DNA of 64,000 nucleotides, taken from a virus. The position numbers were made by a program, and so were the translations under genes. The DNA lies in IMG/VR virus record IMGVR_UViG_3300010376_000003, positions 1-64,000 of that record; one strand, written 5' to 3'. Positions 39,369 through 46,462 of this stretch are shown here, one piece after another (position 1 is the first letter of the stretch; every line of letters starts with the position of its first letter). The notes beneath the pieces are model-generated. The model was not told where the DNA came from. It ran no database searches and worked only from the letters and a program-made list of their open reading frames with translations.

Positions 39369-42300
39369 TGCGGCTCCCACACCCTGCCGGCTGCCGCGGG
39401 TGCGTGCTCGACCAGAAGGGCGAGGGCTTCGCGCCGGCTGACGGGCCGCCCGAGAGCTGGCTCCTGTTGGTTGGCGAGAGCCTCGGCTACACCGAGGCCC
39501 TCACAGGTCGCCCGTTCATGGGCGATGCGGGTGGCATGCTGACGCGTCTGCTCAACCTCCTGGGTTGGCGGAGAGACGCGATCCGCGTTCACAACGTCGT
39601 CAGCTGCCACCCGCCCGGCGATTGGTTCGACGAGAGGGCGCCCTGGTACTACCCGGCGATGGGGCACTGCCCCTACCTGCGGGAGACCCTGAAGGAGCCG
39701 CACCGGGTCGTGGTGCCGATGGGGATGGCGGCGCTCAGGCGAGTGATGCACCTGGAGCACCGGAAGAAGGTCAGGGTCCAGGACTTCCACGGGGCCAAGC
39801 TGCGCGACCCGAAGAACCGCTTCTGGGTCGTGCCGACCTTCCACCCGAGCTACCTGCAGCGGGGCGCGCACAACCTCATTGGCACCGTGCTGTGGGACCT
39901 GCAGCGAGCTGAGGAGCTGCGCGAGCAGTTCACGGTGCCGGTGGAACCAGGGAACCTGGTGATTGACCCGCCGGTCGAGTGGTTCAAGGCCTGGGTCGAC
40001 CAGGTGGTCGCCGCGAGGACGGCAGACCCCGCCGCCTACCCGATCAGCAGCGACGTCGAGACACCGGACAAAGCCGGCGGCCAGGACGAAGGGGAGATCG
40101 GCGCCGACGACACCTCCTTCCAGCTCCTGCGGCACAACGTCGCCTGCCACCCGGATGAGGGCATCACCGTCCCGCACGACGGGCTGTACCTCGACCACCT
40201 GCAGCGGCTGTATGCGAGCCCTGGATGCATATGGATGTGGAACAGAGAGTACGACTTCGCCAGGCAGGTCAGAGCCGGCCTGATGAAGGAGGAGGACTCG
40301 ACGCGGGTGGTCGACCTCATGTGGCTGTGGCACTTCCTGCAGAGCGACGTGCCGCGGGGGCTCGGGTTCGTCGCGCCCTTCTACAGCAGCTGGGGACCGT
40401 GGAAGCACCTGGCCGATACCGACCCCGCGAGGTACGCCGCCATCGATGCGCTGCAGACGCACCGGGTCGGCTTCGGGGTGACGAGAGACCTCTACAGCCA
40501 GGGCATGTACGCCATGGCGATGCGGCACACCCACGAGCTGCTGACGAAAGTGCTGAGGCCAGCGCAGCTGGTGGGGCTGGAGGTCGACCGGCAGCAGCTG
40601 GCGGTGTTCCACGGGGAACTGGCCGGGAAGGCGCGCCAGCGGCTGGGGACGCTGCAGGCGTGCATCCCGGAGGCGCTGCAGCCGCTGACGCCGAAGGAGG
40701 GGCTGAAGAAGCCGCCGGCTGCCGAGATCCTGCACGTCAAGGCGAGCGCGTTCACCAGGAAGGGAAAACTGCGAGCCGGGAAACCGGTGAGCGAGATCAA
40801 ACAGGAGCTGTATGCCAAAGCGCAGGTTATCGAGAAGATCGTCCTCCGGGAGGTCCTCGTCTGCCGACGCTGCGGAGCTGCAGAAGTTAGTCGACGCCAT
40901 CGCTGTGATCGACTGCCTGGTGGACATGGCGAGCCACGGGGCGAACAACATCCTGATGCAGCTGGAGAACTGGATCTCTCCGTTGCCTCCGTCACGCGCT
41001 GGTTCTGGAAAGAACCATTCAACCCTGACTCGGTCCCCCAAGTCCTCGCCTACATCAAGCACCGGAAGCACAAGCCAGGGCGGGCAAAGAAAACCCAGAG
41101 TGAAGAAAGCACCAATCGTGAAACATTAGAGCGGCTCGCGAGAACGACCGGCGACCCGTTCTACTCGGCGCTGCTCGACTACCGGGCGATCGGCAAGGTC
41201 CAGGGGACGTATGTCGAGGGGACGCTGCGGCGGCTCGACGACGAGGGCCGGCTGCACCCGGTACCGACCTTCCGCCCGAGCACCATGCGGCTGAGCTATC
41301 ACTCCCCGAACATCACCAACGTCGTGGCCGATAAAGGCGGCGCCGACGGCCTGGCCGCAGGCTTTCGGAAGTGCATCCGCGCCAACGCGCTGTGCCGGCT
41401 GCTGGAGGTCGACTTCGCGGCGATCGAGGCGGTCGAGACGGGGTGGTGCGCCAGGGACAGGGAGTACTACCGGCTGGCGAAGCTGGGCGTCCACGCGGCC
41501 CTGGTGACGCACGCGATTGGCAAACCGTACGACCCGGCGGCGAGCGACGAGGAGCTGCGGGAGCTGTTCCAGAAGGTGAAGAAGGAGCACCCGCAGGTCT
41601 ACGACCCGGCGAAGCGCTACGTGCATGGCCGGAGCTACGGGCTGACCATCGCCGGGATGCAGCTGCAGTTCCCGCACCTGTTCCCGACGCAGGCAGTGGC
41701 CGAGAAGTACGCCAGGCTCTTCGAGAAGATGGCGCCGGGGGTGAGCAGCTGGCAGCAGGCGCAGCAGCAGCTGGCGAGCCGGCAGCACTACCTGGGCGGG
41801 GAGACGCACCCCTTCAGATATAAGCACTGGTTCTGGAGCGTCTACACCTACAAGCGGCTGACGGTGACGCAGTACTACCGGCTGGTGGCGAAGTTCCACA
41901 GGCTAGGACAGCCGCCACCGGTGGTGGACATCAACGGCCAGTGGTTCCGCGTCAGCCTGGGCGAGGATGGGAAGCGGGTGTTGGCATTCGACCCGCAGTC
42001 GATCGCAGCCGGCGTGCTGAAAGAAGCGATGCTGCGGCTGTTCGGGGACAAGACCGCGCCGAACTACATCGGGGATGCGTATTTCGGGAAGACGCCGCTC
42101 AGGGCCCCGATCCACGACAGCCTGCTGCTCGAAGTGCCCGACAGCCAGTGGGACCGCGTGTTCACGGCGGTGTGTACCGAGATGCAGCGACCGGTCGTGC
42201 AGCAGCCGCTGCCGGCGAGCTGGGGAGAGGGCGCGGCGGGCGGGTATGTGGCGATCGGGATTGCGGCGAAGGCGGGGCCGAACTGGGCGAAGATGGAGAC

Positions 42301-42394
42301 GCTCGCGGTCCCGAGCTACGGCGAGGAGTGGCACGCCGAGCCGGTCGAGGAGGAGGATGGGGAGGACTGGAGTGACCTGCAGCGGGTGATATGA
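39368..42394 (+). CDS. polA: family A DNA polymerase with N-terminal family-4-UDG-like domain and 3'-5' exonuclease domain (1008 aa)
   Basis: UDG-like: CRGCVLD...LLVGESLGYTEALTGRPFMGDAGGML...VHNVVSCHPPG...TFHPSYLQRG. Exonuclease: ISSDVETPD, WMWNREYDF, RYAAIDAL. Polymerase motif A is LLEVDFAAIEAVE, motif B is KRYVHGRSYGLT and motif C is PIHDSLLLEV. The start at 39368 overlaps the upstream TGA. Confidence 0.88.
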   Translation: MRLPHPAGCRGCVLDQKGEGFAPADGPPESWLLLVGESLGYTEALTGRPFMGDAGGMLTRLLNLLGWRRDAIRVHNVVSCHPPGDWFDERAPWYYPAMGHCPYLRETLKEPHRVVVPMGMAALRRVMHLEHRKKVRVQDFHGAKLRDPKNRFWVVPTFHPSYLQRGAHNLIGTVLWDLQRAEELREQFTVPVEPGNLVIDPPVEWFKAWVDQVVAARTADPAAYPISSDVETPDKAGGQDEGEIGADDTSFQLLRHNVACHPDEGITVPHDGLYLDHLQRLYASPGCIWMWNREYDFARQVRAGLMKEEDSTRVVDLMWLWHFLQSDVPRGLGFVAPFYSSWGPWKHLADTDPARYAAIDALQTHRVGFGVTRDLYSQGMYAMAMRHTHELLTKVLRPAQLVGLEVDRQQLAVFHGELAGKARQRLGTLQACIPEALQPLTPKEGLKKPPAAEILHVKASAFTRKGKLRAGKPVSEIKQELYAKAQVIEKIVLREVLVCRRCGAAEVSRRHRCDRLPGGHGEPRGEQHPDAAGELDLSVASVTRWFWKEPFNPDSVPQVLAYIKHRKHKPGRAKKTQSEESTNRETLERLARTTGDPFYSALLDYRAIGKVQGTYVEGTLRRLDDEGRLHPVPTFRPSTMRLSYHSPNITNVVADKGGADGLAAGFRKCIRANALCRLLEVDFAAIEAVETGWCARDREYYRLAKLGVHAALVTHAIGKPYDPAASDEELRELFQKVKKEHPQVYDPAKRYVHGRSYGLTIAGMQLQFPHLFPTQAVAEKYARLFEKMAPGVSSWQQAQQQLASRQHYLGGETHPFRYKHWFWSVYTYKRLTVTQYYRLVAKFHRLGQPPPVVDINGQWFRVSLGEDGKRVLAFDPQSIAAGVLKEAMLRLFGDKTAPNYIGDAYFGKTPLRAPIHDSLLLEVPDSQWDRVFTAVCTEMQRPVVQQPLPASWGEGAAGGYVAIGIAAKAGPNWAKMETLAVPSYGEEWHAEPVEEEDGEDWSDLQRVI

Positions 42395-42404
42395 TTGCAT
42401 ATGT

Positions 42405-42626
42405 ATGCGTCGCCTGAACTCCTATCCTCTCCGTGTCGGTCGCGCGGACGCGATCGCTCGCGTGAACCGCAACCAGGACTACCCCGTCCATGCCGCCACG
42501 CGGATCGGCCAACGGGTCTACACGGCTTGTGGACGAGACCTGTATCTCCCACTGGAGCTGGAGCTGTCGACCCGTGTGAGCTGCCAACGGTGCCGCCGAA
42601 TCCTGGAGGTCGGCCAGGACGACTGA
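42405..42626 (+). CDS. hypothetical protein (73 aa)
   Basis: Track ORF with no clear SD. Ends with CQRC. Confidence 0.4.
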   Translation: MRRLNSYPLRVGRADAIARVNRNQDYPVHAATRIGQRVYTACGRDLYLPLELELSTRVSCQRCRRILEVGQDD

Positions 42627-42658
42627 AAGGCAGCGGGTGGTGTGACAGGGTGTGCAAG

Positions 42659-42687
42659 TTGACAAAGCATATGCGAGTGTGTATCAT
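42659..42687 (+). promoter_or_regulatory. sigma70-type promoter TTGACA-N17-TATCAT
   Basis: TTGACA at 42659-64, an exact 17-nt spacer containing GCATATGC, and TATCAT at 42682-87. Lies ~45 nt upstream of ATG 42732. Confidence 0.6.
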
Positions 42688-42731
42688 GTATATGCAAGTC
42701 GGGCATGTCGCCTGACTGCAAGGAGTCTCCG

Positions 42732-43175
42732 ATGTCCGAGGTGCAATCGTCCCCCGTGCTCCCGACCGACCAGTTCGACAAGCTGCTCTCCAAGTTGATC
42801 GGCCTCCCCAATGGCTCGCACGTCCAGCCGACGGTGGTGCAGTCGGTCGACTACTACGGCAACGTCACCAGCTACATGGTGCAGACGGTGAAGACCGACG
42901 AGGGGCCGCATGTGTTCCTCGCGGTGGTGAACGCCCAGGGCAGTCAGCGCTTCATTTTGCCGCCCTCGGTGATGCGCTTGATTGACCGCCAGCGCGACAC
43001 GACGACCAGCCTGGTGCGGCGCCGGCACGGCAAGCGGCTCGCCGAGGAGCGCAAGGCCAACGGGGCGGGTGGGCCGGTGTTCACCGCCGAGATGCGGGAG
43101 AAGGCGCGGCAGACGCGGATGGCGAATGCGGCCAAGCGGCGGGCGCAGCGCGCGAAGAAGGCGGCGAGGGGCTGA
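42732..43175 (+). CDS. hypothetical protein with basic C-terminal tail (147 aa)
   Basis: AGGAG sits 6 nt before ATG 42732. The track ORF begins at 42705. Confidence 0.55.
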   Translation: MSEVQSSPVLPTDQFDKLLSKLIGLPNGSHVQPTVVQSVDYYGNVTSYMVQTVKTDEGPHVFLAVVNAQGSQRFILPPSVMRLIDRQRDTTTSLVRRRHGKRLAEERKANGAGGPVFTAEMREKARQTRMANAAKRRAQRAKKAARG

Positions 43176-43336
43176 TGCCGCGCGTGACCAAACAACAACT
43201 GTCCCTGGCGCAGGAGTTCCTGCGCCAGTTCGACCGGCTCGAACGCAAGGCCTGCTCCGAGGTCGAGTGGCTGATGCTGAAGCTGTCGTGCGACGAGCAG
43301 CGCGCGACCGAGCTGGTGCGGAAGGCGAGGGCGTGA
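43175..43336 (+). CDS. mini-ORF (53 aa)
   Basis: TGATG coupling at both ends. Hand-translated MPRVTKQQLSLAQEFLRQFDRLERKACSEVEWLMLKLSCDEQRATELVRKARA. Confidence 0.45.
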   Translation: MPRVTKQQLSLAQEFLRQFDRLERKACSEVEWLMLKLSCDEQRATELVRKARA

Positions 43337-43485
43337 TGACCAACCTGCACGCCTGTCGACTGGCGAACGAGTACCGCGCGCTGGCGCGGTACTACACCAC
43401 GAACAGCGCACGACTCACCGCCATCCTGCGGGAGCTGCGGGAGGGCGGCTGGAAGCGGCTAGCCGAACTGCTGGAGGCCGAGTAA
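43336..43485 (+). CDS. mini-ORF (49 aa)
   Basis: MTNLHACRLANEYRALARYYTTNSARLTAILRELREGGWKRLAELLEAE. TGATG at the start and TAATG at the end. Confidence 0.45.
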   Translation: MTNLHACRLANEYRALARYYTTNSARLTAILRELREGGWKRLAELLEAE

Positions 43486-43727
43486 TGTCCATCGTCAAGC
43501 AAATCGGCGGCGGAGGTGACGAGGTGTTCGTCGTCTTCGTCGAGCTGTCCGAGGGCTGGGGTGCCGACGAGCAGAGCCCCGGGCGTCGGCACTCCTACTC
43601 GGCGGAGCTGTTCCGCCGCAACGAGGTGCAACGGCTGGTGAAGAGCTGCGGGCACGACCACCGGGAACAACATACAGCGGAACGCTGCGGACGGCGACTG
43701 CTGCGCGAGGCGAAGAAGGGGGCGTGA
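43485..43727 (+). CDS. hypothetical protein (80 aa)
   Basis: Track ORF coupled to both neighbours. Confidence 0.5.
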   Translation: MSIVKQIGGGGDEVFVVFVELSEGWGADEQSPGRRHSYSAELFRRNEVQRLVKSCGHDHREQHTAERCGRRLLREAKKGA

Positions 43728-43924
43728 TGGCGAAGCGCCCCTACTCCTACAACTACACGGCGCGGGCCAACCCGCGCCGCTACCTGCTGAGCGGCATCCC
43801 GCCCACCCTGTGGAACCAGGTGCGGGCCAAGGCGAAGCGCGAGGGCATCGCCGTGCGGCAGGTTATCCTACAGTTGCTGGAGCAGTGGCTCGCGGCCGGC
43901 GCTCCAGAGGGAGATCGACGGTGA
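43724..43924 (+). CDS. ribbon-helix-helix (Arc/CopG-like) protein (66 aa)
   Basis: RYLLSGIPPTLWNQVRAKAKREGIAVRQVILQLLEQWL shows a beta-strand plus two-helix pattern. Confidence 0.55.
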   Translation: MMAKRPYSYNYTARANPRRYLLSGIPPTLWNQVRAKAKREGIAVRQVILQLLEQWLAAGAPEGDRR

Positions 43925-44217
43925 AGAAGAAGAAGACGACGACGACGACGGAGCCGGAGAAGCCGAAGACCTTCGCGGAGTACCGGGAGCGCTACCGGCG
44001 GCGCAACGGACGCCCCAGCGCCGGCTACTGGCGCTGGAGCATCGAGCGCGCCCGCATCAGCCAGGCGTGGAAGTGCCGGAACGAGGGGGACGAGGCGGGG
44101 TACGAGAAGTGGATGGCGGCGGCGGCGGCGGCCCCGACGATGAGTCGGTCCCTTGGGCCACCCGTTGCCATTGCTGATAGGCGGCCATACCAGCCCCCGT
44201 CGACAGAACCGACGTGA
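43921..44217 (+). CDS. hypothetical basic protein (98 aa)
   Basis: GTGA overlap start: VKKKKTTTTTEPEKPKTFAEYRERYRRRNG... Its last 161 nt overlap the 3' end of the convergent gene 44057..46459, so its true extent is doubtful. Confidence 0.35.
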   Translation: MKKKKTTTTTEPEKPKTFAEYRERYRRRNGRPSAGYWRWSIERARISQAWKCRNEGDEAGYEKWMAAAAAAPTMSRSLGPPVAIADRRPYQPPSTEPT

Positions 44218-46459
44218 GCAGCTCGGCGTGACCGTTCCGGAGGAGCCACTTGAATTCCGGAACGGTCACTCCCCAGTCGGCCGCCTTCTCGGCGATCATG
44301 TCGTTGAACAGCTTGGCGAACCCCCCAGCCTCGTCAGGAATGGCGCCCGCCGGAAACTTCATCCCGAACAGCTCGCCCGTCCGCTTGATCGTGTCGCGAA
44401 TGCCCTCCCAGACGTAGGCGCTGTACTGGCGCAGCGGCATGTTGTTGCGCTTGGCGCCGTCCCGCACCGCGTTCTCGACCATGGCGTAGCTGCCGACATC
44501 CCCCGAGACCATCGAGCCCTGGAGCTTGTTCGGGGTGGTCTCGGCGTAGACGCCGTTGGCCCAGTCCTCGGCGGTCTTGGCGTAGTGCCGGTCATACACG
44601 CCGATGTCCTCGCCGACCAGGGCGTGGAACATGTCGTTGACCTTGTCCTCCTGCAGCTTGTCGTACTGACCCGCCGCGACCTTCTGGAGATTACCCTTGC
44701 GGCTGTCTTCCATCGGCATCAGCGTCCCTGGGGAGTTGAAGCCGCCGCCGACATCGGGGCCGCTGCCTCCCATGTAGCCTTTCTTCCAGCCGACCGCCGT
44801 CTCGGGAATGCGGAATTCCGGCTGGATGATCGGCTCGTCCATGATCAGGCGCCGCAGATACTCCGAGGCCGCACGCAGGTTGTGAACGGGCTGGCTGGCC
44901 GGTGAGGTCGAGGCGAGGAAGCCCGCGAGCGGTTTGATGCGCTCCTTGCCGTACACCTCTTCGAGCACGGTGCCATACAGCTTCCACCAGTCCTCCCCGT
45001 TCATCACCTTGGCGCCAACGGGCAGCATCGCGTCGAGCCGCTGCTGGAATTCTGGACTGTTCAGGAATTCGTGGAGGTTACCGACCGGGCGCGGTCGGTC
45101 CTCGGCGAGGTCGTAGATCGCGTTCTGTGGCTTGGGCCACTGGCCGACCTTCGGGTCGACGCCTGGAGGAAATTGGCGCGCGGTCCCCGCTGGCTGCTTC
45201 TGGTAGGTGGCCTTCAGGGTGGCCTTGCGCGGGTCGCTGATGTTCTGTGAGACGTCGAGATACGTGTTCCCATCCGGATCGTTCCAGGTGCCGACCGCCA
45301 GCTCGGGGTGGTCAGCGTAGGTCTTGGCGTTCTGCTCGATGAACTGCCGAACGTGCTTGGGGGAGAAGTCCTGCGTGGGCACCGCCATGGTGGTGCCGCT
45401 CTGGTTCGAGTACTTCCCCACCATGAAGCCTTCCGACTCCCCCCCGATCTGCATCTCGCCGCTCATCGGGTGGAAGGTCGCCCCGCTGTTCACGCCTGCG
45501 CGCTGGGTCGCGGCGTGGATCTCATTCGCGGCCCGGTCGAGCGCGAGCGCGGGTCGCCCCGCGTCGCGCAGGGTCAGTTCGCCCCCAGTCATGCCGGCGC
45601 GAGTGAGCGCGCGGGTCATTCGCGGCCAGCGAGTCGCCATCGCCTGGGCGGCGCGCTCCGCGGCGGGCCCGGTGAGGTCTTTGATGAGGGAGAGCGCCTT
45701 CGGGCCGAGGAGCATCCCGGCCTCGGCGAGGTGCGCGCCGGCTGGCTCGCCACCGCCGACCAGGTTCGTCGGGTCGCCCATGAGATTGAGCGCGAGGTTG
45801 GCGGCCAGCGGCACCTGGATCCCGTGCTGCTCCAGCGGCGTGGTCGGGCCAGGGACTTGGCTCACCGACTGCGCGAAGGGAGCGGTGCGCGCGGTGTTGA
45901 AGGCGGCGCGGCCAGCTCCGGCGAGGTCGCCTGGGTTGTCCATGAGGTAGTTGATGCCCGAGTACATCACCCCGACAGGCGTCGCGGCGACGGCCATCGG
46001 ATTGGTCATCGGGGTTGGGCGAGCGTTCGGGTCAGGCGGCGCCGGTGGTCGGGACCAGGGATACGAGCCAGCCTGCGGCGGCTGCTGCGGGTAGGAGAAC
46101 TGCCCGAGGGTCGAGGGGTCCATGCGAACAGACGAGGGCGGCGTGGGCGGCGTGGGCGGCGGCGCGTCGGTGACTGCGCCTGGAGGGACGGCGCCGCGAG
46201 GGACGATGTTGGCTGGGAAGCTGGGGCCTCGCGGCGGGGCCGGCGGCGTCTCGATCCGGGTCGAGGGCGCGACGGCTTCACCTGGCGGCGTGTAGGGTGC
46301 GTCGGGCGGGGGCGGCGGCGGCGCTGCGCCGACGAAGGTGATCTGCCCGTCAGCTCCCGTGACCGCGCGCATCGAGGGGCGGAAGTAGCCGGGTGGCGGC
46401 GGCGGCAGATTCGCGTCGTCGTCAGGCGGCAGCTGCGTGGGGTCTTGGGGGTCAGGCAT
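44057..46459 (-). CDS. large virion (ejection/internal) protein with Pro-rich N-terminus (800 aa)
   Basis: Last gene of the virion operon. TAA/ATG spacing of 3 nt to the upstream SLT protein. I recognised no catalytic motif. Confidence 0.75.
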   Translation of the reverse strand: MPDPQDPTQLPPDDDANLPPPPPGYFRPSMRAVTGADGQITFVGAAPPPPPPDAPYTPPGEAVAPSTRIETPPAPPRGPSFPANIVPRGAVPPGAVTDAPPPTPPTPPSSVRMDPSTLGQFSYPQQPPQAGSYPWSRPPAPPDPNARPTPMTNPMAVAATPVGVMYSGINYLMDNPGDLAGAGRAAFNTARTAPFAQSVSQVPGPTTPLEQHGIQVPLAANLALNLMGDPTNLVGGGEPAGAHLAEAGMLLGPKALSLIKDLTGPAAERAAQAMATRWPRMTRALTRAGMTGGELTLRDAGRPALALDRAANEIHAATQRAGVNSGATFHPMSGEMQIGGESEGFMVGKYSNQSGTTMAVPTQDFSPKHVRQFIEQNAKTYADHPELAVGTWNDPDGNTYLDVSQNISDPRKATLKATYQKQPAGTARQFPPGVDPKVGQWPKPQNAIYDLAEDRPRPVGNLHEFLNSPEFQQRLDAMLPVGAKVMNGEDWWKLYGTVLEEVYGKERIKPLAGFLASTSPASQPVHNLRAASEYLRRLIMDEPIIQPEFRIPETAVGWKKGYMGGSGPDVGGGFNSPGTLMPMEDSRKGNLQKVAAGQYDKLQEDKVNDMFHALVGEDIGVYDRHYAKTAEDWANGVYAETTPNKLQGSMVSGDVGSYAMVENAVRDGAKRNNMPLRQYSAYVWEGIRDTIKRTGELFGMKFPAGAIPDEAGGFAKLFNDMIAEKAADWGVTVPEFKWLLRNGHAELLTSVLSTGAGMAAYQQWQRVAQGTDSSSGPPPPPPSTSRTPPRPPRSGTSTPG
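44228..44269. promoter_or_regulatory. 14-bp perfect inverted repeat GTGACCGTTCCGGA-N14-TCCGGAACGGTCAC
   Basis: Read directly. It lies inside the 3' coding region of 44057..46459 and 11 nt beyond the stop of the plus-strand block (44217). Confidence 0.5.
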
Positions 46460-46462
46460 GGG

